This document shows, piece by piece, positions 18,551-27,043 of a stretch of 64,000 nucleotides of DNA. The position numbers and the translations under genes are program-made. The stretch's first letter is position 1. Every line of letters starts with the position of its first letter. The DNA is taken from assembly GCA_045642905.1 (NCBI GenBank), contig JAZUJT010000046.1, positions 20,952 through 84,951 of the forward strand, written 5' to 3'. This stretch comes from Lachnospiraceae bacterium (GTDB lineage: Bacteria > Bacillota > Clostridia > Lachnospirales > Lachnospiraceae). The notes under the pieces were generated by a model that had not been told where the DNA came from, made no database searches, and saw nothing but the letters and a program-made list of their open reading frames with translations.

Positions 18551-19997
18551 GAAAAATACCTTATCTTCTCAAATTTTTGAAAGACTTATAAACGGTTTAC
18601 TTAAGGAAAACCCCACATTTGTTCTTCTGTTGGGTATGTGTCCCACACTTGCGGTTACTACCTCTGCGATGAACGGATTGGGAATGGGTCTTACGACTTT
18701 GGCGGTTTTGGCACTCAGTAATGTAATGATTTCGGCTCTTAGAAAGATTATTCCTTCCAAGATACGTATCCCGGCATTTATTGTTATTATCGCTTCATTC
18801 GTAACAATTGTGGAATTGTTATTGAAGGCATATATTCCTTCGTTATACGATTCGCTCGGACTTTATATTCCGCTTATTGTTGTTAACTGTATAATTTTGG
18901 GACGTGCAGAAGCATATGCTTATTTAAATCCTGTTTTGCCTTCGCTTTTTGACGGTCTCGGAATGGGAATGGGATTTACGATTGCGCTTACAATTATCGG
19001 TAGTATCAGAGAAATTCTCGGTAGCGGTTGCATTTTCGGATACAATATTATGCCGAACTCGTTTATTCCCGTAAGCATTTTTGTTATGGCACCGGGTGCG
19101 TTCTTTGTATTGGCTGCTCTTACCGCGATTCAAAATGTCATTAAAGAAAAGGGTGAGAAGCGCGGAAAAGACATGTCCAAGATTCAGTCAGGCTGTGGCG
19201 GAAATTGTTTTGAATGTTCATTGGAGTGCGCTGATAAGAAGCTTGATAAGAAGAAAGACAAGTCCGAAACGAAGGATAATGATACAAATTCTTCAATAAA
19301 CAGCTCCGATAGTAAAGAAAAATCCAAGGAAGAGGAGAACACTTCAAAGAAGTCACTTTTCAAATTTATAAAAGCTTCCAAGGAAGAGCCGTTAAATGAC
19401 GTTGATGAATCCGGGAAAAATTCCAAGGACACTTTGGAATCCAAGGATCTTGAAAAAAACAATGAAGCTTTGGAACTTAAGGAGTCTTTGGAAGAGAAGA
19501 AGCCCATTGAAGATAATTCTGTTTCGGAAGATAAGCCTCTAAATGAGGAAAAGCCTCAGAAGGAAGAGAAGCCTCAAAAGGAGGAGAAACCTCAAAAGGA
19601 GGATAAGGCTTCCGCTAAAGAAAAGTCTTCCAAGAAAGATAAAGCTTTAAAGAAAGAGAAAATTTCCAAGAAGGAAAAAGCTTCAAAGGCTGATAAATCT
19701 TCCAAGGAGGATAATTTCAAAGATAAGGAAAATACTTTCTCGGAAGATAAAGATACCGAAGGAAAGAAGCAGATTGATTCCGAAGAAGTCGAGGAAAAAG
19801 AACTTTTAATCGTTGACGATTCGGATGATTTTGAACTTATTGATTTATCTGATTATAAGAGGGCATTAAGCGAAAACAAAAAGAATAAAAACGATAAGCC
19901 CAAGAAGCCTGTAAACAGAAGGGCAAGCATGGATAAAGCAATGCTTATGCTTTCCAAAGCTGAAGAAACTTTAAAGGAAGAGGAGGGTGACAAATAA
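18543..19997 (+). CDS. rnfE: Rnf complex subunit E with long C-terminal extension
   Basis: ENPTFV..LGMCP.LAVT, IPLIVVNCIILGRAE; core ~200 aa then Cys cluster and Lys/Glu-rich tail. Confidence 0.93.
   Translation: MNKKNTLSSQIFERLINGLLKENPTFVLLLGMCPTLAVTTSAMNGLGMGLTTLAVLALSNVMISALRKIIPSKIRIPAFIVIIASFVTIVELLLKAYIPSLYDSLGLYIPLIVVNCIILGRAEAYAYLNPVLPSLFDGLGMGMGFTIALTIIGSIREILGSGCIFGYNIMPNSFIPVSIFVMAPGAFFVLAALTAIQNVIKEKGEKRGKDMSKIQSGCGGNCFECSLECADKKLDKKKDKSETKDNDTNSSINSSDSKEKSKEEENTSKKSLFKFIKASKEEPLNDVDESGKNSKDTLESKDLEKNNEALELKESLEEKKPIEDNSVSEDKPLNEEKPQKEEKPQKEEKPQKEDKASAKEKSSKKDKALKKEKISKKEKASKADKSSKEDNFKDKENTFSEDKDTEGKKQIDSEEVEEKELLIVDDSDDFELIDLSDYKRALSENKKNKNDKPKKPVNRRASMDKAMLMLSKAEETLKEEEGDK
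19545..19598 (+). repeat. 3 x 18-nt coding tandem repeat (EEKPQK) in RnfE tail
   Basis: GAGGAAAAGCCTCAGAAG / GAAGAGAAGCCTCAAAAG / GAGGAGAAACCTCAAAAG. Confidence 0.85.
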
Positions 19998-20572
19998 TGA
20001 AAACATTATTATTGATTGCGGTCAGTTCAGCATTGATAAATAACGTTGTTCTCAGTCAGTTCCTTGGCCTTTGCCCGTTTCTGGGTGTTTCCAAGAAGAT
20101 AAAAACAGCTCTTGGAATGGGAACTTCGGTTATTTTTGTTATTACCTTATCATCTCTTGTGACCGGTTTGATTTATGAGTATTTGATGGTTCCTTTTCGT
20201 ATTGAATATTTGAAGACCATTATTTTCATTCTCGTAATTGCCGCTTTGGTTCAGCTGGTTGAAATGTTTTTGAAAAAGTATATTCCCGTTCTTTATGAAA
20301 GCTTGGGAGTATATTTACCGCTCATTACCACAAACTGTGCGGTTTTAGGTATTGCACTTACAAATGTTCAAAAGAGTTATTCGCTTTTGGAAGGTGTGGT
20401 AAACGGATTTGCAACGAGTGTGGGATTTACAATTTCGATAGTAATTCTTGCAGGTATTCGTGAGAAAATGCAATATAATGATATTCCGAAACCCTTTAGA
20501 GGAATGCCGATTGTTCTTGTTACGGCGGGACTTATGGCAATTGCCTTTTGCGGTTTTTCGGGACTTATGTAA
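19997..20572 (+). CDS. rnfA: Rnf complex subunit A
   Basis: NNVVLSQFLGLCPFLGVS, LPLITTNCAVLG. Confidence 0.97.
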   Translation: MKTLLLIAVSSALINNVVLSQFLGLCPFLGVSKKIKTALGMGTSVIFVITLSSLVTGLIYEYLMVPFRIEYLKTIIFILVIAALVQLVEMFLKKYIPVLYESLGVYLPLITTNCAVLGIALTNVQKSYSLLEGVVNGFATSVGFTISIVILAGIREKMQYNDIPKPFRGMPIVLVTAGLMAIAFCGFSGLM

Positions 20573-20587
20573 GGAGGTAATAATATA

Positions 20588-21388
20588 ATGGATTTTTGGT
20601 CGGTTTTGACAGCATTAATTATTATTTCCGTATTGGGAATTCTTGTAGGCGCTTTTTTGGGACTTGCCGGAATTGTATTTTCGGTAAAGACCAATCCGAA
20701 GGAAGAAGAGGTTTTGAAAGCTTTGCCCGGAAACAATTGCGGCGGATGCGGATATCCCGGTTGTGCGGGGCTTGCCAAAGCAATTGTATCCAATGAAGCA
20801 CCCGTTAATCAATGCCCGGTAGGCGGAGATGAAGTGGCTTCCGAAATTGCAATGATAATGGGTACCGAAAAGGTTGAAACGGAAAAGAAAGTTGCTTTTG
20901 TCGCATGTAAAGCGCATTGCTCGGATGTTACTTACGACTATGAGTATTACGGAGTTGAAGACTGCAGAATGTTAAGCTTTGTACCTAACGGCGGTCCCAA
21001 ATCCTGCAATGAAGGTTGCTTGGGATTCGGCTCATGCGTAAAGGCCTGCCAGTTTGGTGCTATTTCCGTTGTAGACGGTGTAGCGGTTGTTGATCGGGAG
21101 AAATGTAAAGCTTGCGGTAAATGTGTTGCTGTTTGTCCTAAACATTTGATTTCGCTTATTCCTTATAAATCACAGTTTGCTGTTGCCTGTTCCAACACCA
21201 AAAAGGGCGGAGTTGCAGCCAAACAGTGTAAGGTTGGTTGCGTAGGATGCGGAATTTGCGAAAAGAATTGTCCGCAGGATGCAATAAAAGTTAAAGACTT
21301 CAATGCCTCAATCGATACGGACAAATGCATCAATTGCGGTTTGTGTCAGGAAAAATGTCCCAAGAAAGTAATTGAAATTTTAAAATAG
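20588..21388 (+). CDS. rnfB: Rnf complex subunit B
   Basis: LPGNNCGGCGYPGC, CPVGG, multiple CxxCxxCxxxCP motifs. Confidence 0.96.
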   Translation: MDFWSVLTALIIISVLGILVGAFLGLAGIVFSVKTNPKEEEVLKALPGNNCGGCGYPGCAGLAKAIVSNEAPVNQCPVGGDEVASEIAMIMGTEKVETEKKVAFVACKAHCSDVTYDYEYYGVEDCRMLSFVPNGGPKSCNEGCLGFGSCVKACQFGAISVVDGVAVVDREKCKACGKCVAVCPKHLISLIPYKSQFAVACSNTKKGGVAAKQCKVGCVGCGICEKNCPQDAIKVKDFNASIDTDKCINCGLCQEKCPKKVIEILK

Positions 21389-21392
21389 TTAA

Positions 21393-21428
21393 AAAAATAC
21401 CTTGAGGAAAAATCCTCAAGGTATTTTT
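21393..21428. terminator. Bidirectional terminator between rnfB and apbE
   Basis: AAAAATACCTTGAGGA-AAAA-TCCTCAAGGTATTTTT. Confidence 0.92.
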
Positions 21429-22377
21429 ATTCAACTTCAAGTATTGACCTGTCTTTCATTACATAGATTACTTTCATTCCCGGATAACTTTTTACTATTG
21501 ATGATGCCTTATCGGGTCCTAAGATGAAGAGCGCCGTTGACATGGCATCCGCAATTTGTGAGTTCTCATAAACAACGGTTGTTGTATAGATATCGTTATC
21601 AACAGGAAATCCGGTTTCGGGATTCAATATATGATGATAAAATACATCATCCAATGTGAAGCTTCGCTGATAAATTCCGCTTGTAACAACGGATGAATTA
21701 CTTACGTATAAAAGCTTTGAATATCCGTCCTGTGATTCGGGATCATCTATCGCAATTGTGTAAGGCTTTCCGTCAAGTTTTGTTCCCAAAACTTTTATGT
21801 TTCCGCCAAGATTGATTATGGCCGATTGTACTTCATTTTCGATAAGATAATCAAAAAGCTTGTCTGCAATATATCCTTTGGCTATGCATCCTATATCGAC
21901 TTTGCAATTGTCTTTCAATGTTACGGTGTTTCCATCAATGGAAATATTGGAAGGATCCAAATACTGTAAAGCTTTTTTAACGGCTTCTTCGGAAGGAACT
22001 TTTTGCTGATAAAAATCCCATAAGCCTGTTACGGAACCAATAAGCGGATTGATGACATAATCCGTTTTATTGCTGATTTTCAAATACTCATTTAAAAGTA
22101 ATGCCGTTTCTTCATTTACCGTTACGGGATTTTCGTGTGAATGGTTTATCTTGTAAATGTCGGATTCGGGCTTGGATACGTTCCACATGTCATCGTAGTT
22201 TCTGATGATTTTAAAATAACCGTCAATAAGCTTTTGATTGTAGTGTGCATCGTATATTGTTAATGATACTATTGTGTCAAGAGAGTAATCCGAATAGTAA
22301 TTACCGCTCGGTTCTTTGCCGCAAGCGGATAAAAACAGCATTGCCGTTATTAATAATATTAACAATTTTTTTCTCAT
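21427..22377 (-). CDS. apbE: FAD:protein FMN transferase lipoprotein
   Basis: Lipobox LSAC; DIGCIAKGY, NLGGN, VTSG.YQR, YHHILNPETG, ADAMST. Confidence 0.95.
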   Translation of the reverse strand: MRKKLLILLITAMLFLSACGKEPSGNYYSDYSLDTIVSLTIYDAHYNQKLIDGYFKIIRNYDDMWNVSKPESDIYKINHSHENPVTVNEETALLLNEYLKISNKTDYVINPLIGSVTGLWDFYQQKVPSEEAVKKALQYLDPSNISIDGNTVTLKDNCKVDIGCIAKGYIADKLFDYLIENEVQSAIINLGGNIKVLGTKLDGKPYTIAIDDPESQDGYSKLLYVSNSSVVTSGIYQRSFTLDDVFYHHILNPETGFPVDNDIYTTTVVYENSQIADAMSTALFILGPDKASSIVKSYPGMKVIYVMKDRSILEVE

Positions 22378-22463
22378 TTAACGTCCTGTTTCACTCCATG
22401 TTTTCTTGTTGTACACATCATTATGTGATACATTATGAATATATGTTTTTGAGGTAATTATTT

Positions 22464-23579
22464 ATGAGACTTAATGATGAATATGATGATTATAACACAA
22501 GTAGAGGCAAATCTGTATCTGTTGCGGGAATAATTTCCATTTTGGCAATAGTAACTATCCTCGGAATTGTTCTTTTGAAAAATACATCCGCTAAAAAGGG
22601 TGCAAATACTTCGGCTTCAACATCGCCCGTTTCCGAAGTTTCTTCGGTGGGAACGTCTGTTTCCTCATTTGCCTCAGCTTACAAAGACAGTAATATTACA
22701 GTTTCCGATTTGGATTTTTATGACATGTATCCCAAAGAGGAGCCCGAAGTTGCCTCCGCAATGACTTCCGATGAGAAGGAAGAACTGGAAAAAGAAAATG
22801 TAGACGAATCCGAAGACGGAAAGCATACGAAAATCGTATGGCAGGACGGAACCGAAGAGTGGGTTGCAATAAGCCCTTATCTTCCTACGCATGATTATGA
22901 TTTCACCAATCTTATTAACAGATCCGGCATTATGGAATATTGGGAGAACGACAAGGTTACAAGCTATTTCGGCGTAGATATTTCCAAGGATAACGATTAT
23001 ATAGATTTTAACAAGGTTGCAAAAGCCGGTGTTTCTTTTGTAATGATTCGTGTAGGTGCAAGAGGATATCAGACAGGTCAGCTTTCGATAGATGAATACT
23101 TTACGGACAATATTAAGCGTGCAACAGATGCGGGGCTTAAAGTTGGCGTATATTTTATTTCGCAGGCAATTAATGAGGAAGAGGCTTTGGAAGAAGCCAT
23201 GCTTGTAACTTCCTGTATAGAAAATTACGACGTTGATTATCCGATTTGCTATGTCATGCAGCTTACCGAAAATGAGGTTTCACGTGTTGAGATTCTTAAC
23301 AGACAGGATAAGACGATTATCGCAAGAACTTTCTTAAATTACATTAAGGAATCCGGATATAAACCCATGCTGTACGGAAGCAAGTTATGGTTACTTAAGT
23401 ATGTGGAGCTGTCCAAGCTTATCGGAGATTTTGACATATGGCTTGGCGAGCCTTCGATGGATATTCCCGATTTTCCTTACAAATTTGCAATGTGGCAGTA
23501 TAACAGTGTCGGCTCGGTTGACGGTATAAAAGGTCCGGTCAATTTAAATATCAGTTTCACCGATTTCTCGTTAAAGTAG
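22464..23579 (+). CDS. Membrane-anchored GH25 (lysozyme-like) protein, catalytic acids apparently substituted
   Basis: N-terminal TM and Ser-rich linker; GVDIS, FVMIRVGARGY, GLKVGVYF.SQA, MWQY. Confidence 0.85.
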   Translation: MRLNDEYDDYNTSRGKSVSVAGIISILAIVTILGIVLLKNTSAKKGANTSASTSPVSEVSSVGTSVSSFASAYKDSNITVSDLDFYDMYPKEEPEVASAMTSDEKEELEKENVDESEDGKHTKIVWQDGTEEWVAISPYLPTHDYDFTNLINRSGIMEYWENDKVTSYFGVDISKDNDYIDFNKVAKAGVSFVMIRVGARGYQTGQLSIDEYFTDNIKRATDAGLKVGVYFISQAINEEEALEEAMLVTSCIENYDVDYPICYVMQLTENEVSRVEILNRQDKTIIARTFLNYIKESGYKPMLYGSKLWLLKYVELSKLIGDFDIWLGEPSMDIPDFPYKFAMWQYNSVGSVDGIKGPVNLNISFTDFSLK

Positions 23580-23594
23580 TAAACGGAGGACTAT

Positions 23595-25004
23595 GTGTAT
23601 TACAAATTAAATGTTCCTTTTGTGGAAAAGGATGAAGCCAAGAGATATGGCGCCAAATTTAATTTCACTGAAAAATATTGGTATTTTGAAGGCGATTCTT
23701 TGCCGGATGCACTTATGAAATGGTATCCGGATGCGGATATGGTTTCATCCAATACTTCTTCTTTGGATCAATATAAAAATGTGCTTGATGATTATTCGAA
23801 ATATAAAACCGTTTCACAGGTTAATGACATGATTTCGAATGCTTTTCGCGATACTCCGGAATTTTTGCATGTTTTTGTTGTCGGAGAAGTAACCAATTAT
23901 AACGGTAACGCCGGAAATACTTTTTATTTTGCCATAAAAGATGCTTACAGCCTTTTACCGTGCATTATGTTTAAAGGCGAAGCGGCAATCAACAAAGATT
24001 TTGTTCTTAAAAAAGGCATGCAGGTGGCGTTAAAAGGCTATATTGAATATTATGCGGCTACCGGCAAGAGCCAGTTAAGAGTTTTAAAGATTATTGAGGT
24101 CGGAGAAGGGGAAGCAAATATTGCTTTTTTAAAGCTAAAAGAAAAGCTTAAGGCGGAAGGTATTTTTGACCTTGATCATAAAAAGCAGATTCCCAAGCAT
24201 GCCACCAGAGTCGGCATTGTTACTTCCAAGGACGGACAGGCCATTAAGGATATTTGTGAAGTTTCAAAAAGGCGTAATCCTTATGTTCAGCTGATTTTAT
24301 ATCATGTCAATGTTCAGGGAAGGAATGCGGTTGAAACTGTTGTTGCCGGCATTAAGTATCTTGATGATTTAAATCTGGATGTAATTATCGTAGGTCGCGG
24401 CGGCGGTTCGGATGAAGAGCTTAAGGCTTACAATGAAGAAGCTATCGCCAGAACGGTTTATGCAGCTAATACGCCCATTGTTTCCGCTGTTGGTCACGAA
24501 GGCCATTGGACTTTGATTGACGATGCGGCTGATGAAAGAGCGGCTACTCCTTCGGAGGCGGCCGAAAAGGTTTGCCCGGATGTTATGTCCGATATTAAAA
24601 GGGTTAATAATTTAAAGGCTGAGATGACAAGAACAATGTTTTCAAAGCTCGATTTTTTGATGAGCAAAGTCAAGAATCTTTCGATAAGCCTTGAAAGCAA
24701 CAGCCCCGAGCGAAAGCTTAAGGAAAAGAAAGATAATCTTTTAAGGTCTTGTGAGAAACTAAACGATAACATTTTGAGTATACTTGACTTTAAAAAGCAT
24801 CGGTTCGCAGTAGCGCTTGAGCGACTTAACGGTTTATCGCCCACCGCAAAGCTTATAAACGGATTCGGTTATGTTTCCAAAGGTAATGAACCGTTACGAT
24901 TTGTAAAGGATGCCAATATAGGTGACGATGTTTTGATTACGATGTCGGACGGCGTAATAAATGCAACCGTAAATGAAGTGAATATCAGTAAAATCGGAGA
25001 ATGA
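23595..25004 (+). CDS. xseA: Exodeoxyribonuclease VII large subunit with N-terminal DUF5710-like domain
   Basis: GEVTN OB-fold, GIVTS..G.A..D, VQG, IVGRGGGS.EEL, SAVGHE, ATPSEAAE; GTG start after GGAGG. Confidence 0.93.
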   Translation: MYYKLNVPFVEKDEAKRYGAKFNFTEKYWYFEGDSLPDALMKWYPDADMVSSNTSSLDQYKNVLDDYSKYKTVSQVNDMISNAFRDTPEFLHVFVVGEVTNYNGNAGNTFYFAIKDAYSLLPCIMFKGEAAINKDFVLKKGMQVALKGYIEYYAATGKSQLRVLKIIEVGEGEANIAFLKLKEKLKAEGIFDLDHKKQIPKHATRVGIVTSKDGQAIKDICEVSKRRNPYVQLILYHVNVQGRNAVETVVAGIKYLDDLNLDVIIVGRGGGSDEELKAYNEEAIARTVYAANTPIVSAVGHEGHWTLIDDAADERAATPSEAAEKVCPDVMSDIKRVNNLKAEMTRTMFSKLDFLMSKVKNLSISLESNSPERKLKEKKDNLLRSCEKLNDNILSILDFKKHRFAVALERLNGLSPTAKLINGFGYVSKGNEPLRFVKDANIGDDVLITMSDGVINATVNEVNISKIGE

Positions 25005-25006
25005 TT

Positions 25007-25201
25007 ATGGAAAATAAAGAATTTAATGTGGACGAAGGTCTTTTAAAGCTTGAAGAAATCAATTCCAAGCTTTCCGATAAAGATATTGCATTAAACGATG
25101 CAATCGAGCTTTATAAGGAAGGAACAAAGCTTGCCGCTTTATGCAAGTCAACGCTTGAAGGCGTGGAGAAGGAACTCGAAATAATAAACGAAAGTAAATA
25201 G
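25007..25201 (+). CDS. xseB: Exodeoxyribonuclease VII small subunit
   Basis: LEEI..KL...L.DAI.LYKEG.KL...C...L; follows xseA; start 25007 or 25001. Confidence 0.92.
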   Translation: MENKEFNVDEGLLKLEEINSKLSDKDIALNDAIELYKEGTKLAALCKSTLEGVEKELEIINESK

Positions 25202-25209
25202 ACAATATG

Positions 25210-25258
25210 AAAAACTCTCTTTATCCTGAGGTAGGTCTTTGGGTAAAGAGAGCTTTTT
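25210..25258. terminator. Bidirectional terminator between xseB and AP2 gene
   Basis: CTCTCTTTATCC/GGGTAAAGAGAG stem flanked by A- and T-tracts. Confidence 0.7.
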
Positions 25259-26051
25259 ATTTTTGCCTGTAATCGGATATGTTATCTGAAATTTGTGTAG
25301 CTGAATAAATGGCGGCATATTCTTTGGAAGATAAATCTTCAAGATAGTTTTGCATGAAATTTTTGTTTATCCCGTTTTTCTTTAACGTATCGACGGCTTT
25401 GTTGTAAGCGATTGCGGCGACCGTTATGTCTTCGTAAGTGCCAACCTTTAAATTTCCGTTTACGTGAACCAGAACTTCATAATATATGTCGGAACCGTTT
25501 TCTTTCTTGAGAACGCCGAAATAGGGATTAATTATCTCAAGATTTTCGCGCCTGAAATCCAGCCGGTCTTCATTGGCAAAAACAAAATCTCTTCCCACGA
25601 CGGAAAAAGGGCGGATGTTAAATCGTGACAAAACGGATTCCTGCATGCCGAAATCCGAAACGAAGAAGTGATTTCCGCGCTTCATTATTTTATGTGAGGA
25701 AAAATAAAATAAATCGTCCATATCAAACTTGAGTTCATCCACAGGCGAAAGAAAATAACTGAAATAACTTTTTCTAAGATAAATGGGGTTGGAAAAATAA
25801 ATATTGTTATCGCGCAAATTAATAATCGTAATGAACTTTTCGAATTTTAACGGACAGTCATCGGAATATGAAGAAAGGAAAACAGTTGTATCATTATAAA
25901 GATTCAGTGCATATGAGTAAGCATTGGCGGCGCTTTCAAGAGAAGGATAGCTTCCAAGACTTATGTGCTTTTTATTAACCGTGACGGATGCACGGTAATT
26001 ATATTGTCCGTTTTTTAATTTATCTACGTAAACACCTTTGATATTTTCCAT
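25257..26051 (-). CDS. AP2-domain protein with degenerate HNH-like centre
   Basis: Two AP2-like units (KGVY..YRASVTVNKKHISLGSY...AANAY; YFGV..VNGNLKVGTY...AAIAYNKA) flanking DRLDFRRENL. Confidence 0.7.
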   Translation of the reverse strand: MENIKGVYVDKLKNGQYNYRASVTVNKKHISLGSYPSLESAANAYSYALNLYNDTTVFLSSYSDDCPLKFEKFITIINLRDNNIYFSNPIYLRKSYFSYFLSPVDELKFDMDDLFYFSSHKIMKRGNHFFVSDFGMQESVLSRFNIRPFSVVGRDFVFANEDRLDFRRENLEIINPYFGVLKKENGSDIYYEVLVHVNGNLKVGTYEDITVAAIAYNKAVDTLKKNGINKNFMQNYLEDLSSKEYAAIYSATQISDNISDYRQK

Positions 26052-26172
26052 TATGTTTTCCTCTTTTTTCAGTTTATCAGATATTAAATAAAAATAAAAT
26101 AAATATAAATAAACAGTTGAATAGTTTTCATAACGGTATTAGAATTAACATAGATTTTTCAAGGGGTATGCC

Positions 26173-26526
26173 ATGGGATATTTTTCATTAACCAAAAGTG
26201 ATTTCAACAGTGAATTGATTAAGGCAGAGTACAAAAGCTCATTAAAACAGGGCTTTTTCTGTTTTGGTTCAAGTCACTTTTTTTGTGTTAAAGGCTTCAA
26301 AAAGTATTTCATCGAATACGCTGAAATAGAGCGTGCGTTCAGAAGAGTTATGCTTATTTCCAACGGTAACAGAAAAGATTATCGTATGGAAGCTCTTGTA
26401 ATAATGTCTTCGGGTAAGGAAGTTGCCAATTTCGGAATAAAGACTACCGAAGAAGCCGTTAAAATTCTTGATAAACTTAAAGACAGAGCACCGTCTGCTT
26501 TATTTGTATGTCCCGAGAAGGAGTAA
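26173..26526 (+). CDS. Hypothetical protein
   Basis: 117-aa ORF with AAGGGG RBS, first of a three-gene run ending in cstA. Confidence 0.75.
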   Translation: MGYFSLTKSDFNSELIKAEYKSSLKQGFFCFGSSHFFCVKGFKKYFIEYAEIERAFRRVMLISNGNRKDYRMEALVIMSSGKEVANFGIKTTEEAVKILDKLKDRAPSALFVCPEKE

Positions 26527-26529
26527 CAT

Positions 26530-27024
26530 ATGAACAGGGATGAAGTTTTTGAAAGAGCATTATTAAGATATAAGCGTTATTACAACATTATCTTGGACGA
26601 TGTTACCGCACCGTTTAAAGCTGAGGCGATTTTTAAGTCTCATAACGAACAGTATTATCTTATAAAAGCGGCCAAGGTCGCTGATATAGACTCCAACGAA
26701 TACGTATTTTTGGACAGCTGCGAAGTATTAACCTTAGATCGTTTGAATGAAATCGAAAAGATTGCATGGGAAACCGGGTTGTCGAGAATAGTGCCCAGCT
26801 CGAGTCATCGAAATTCCGATACTACTTTGATTATTATTGCAGACCGTATTAATCAGGATGCTTTCGAGCAGGTTAAAAAACTTCGCCATTATAAATCCTT
26901 TTATTGGGGATTTCAGGGTTGGAGCAACTTCAGAGTGGTTGCAATAGAAGTTTCTTTGAAACGGATCGCTTATAACCGCCAGGGGCGTTCATTAAAGAAA
27001 CTTTTTGGCAATATATTAATTTAA
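26530..27024 (+). CDS. Hypothetical protein
   Basis: 164-aa ORF with GGAG RBS, 3 nt after the previous stop. Confidence 0.8.
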   Translation: MNRDEVFERALLRYKRYYNIILDDVTAPFKAEAIFKSHNEQYYLIKAAKVADIDSNEYVFLDSCEVLTLDRLNEIEKIAWETGLSRIVPSSSHRNSDTTLIIIADRINQDAFEQVKKLRHYKSFYWGFQGWSNFRVVAIEVSLKRIAYNRQGRSLKKLFGNILI

Positions 27025-27043
27025 CATTATAAGGAGAAGAGAC

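Noticed and set aside
22464-26051. GH25 + DUF5710 + HNH-AP2 cluster as a prophage remnant
   Set aside because: No structural, integrase or holin genes; GH25 is membrane-anchored, xseAB are intact housekeeping genes, and composition looks like the host
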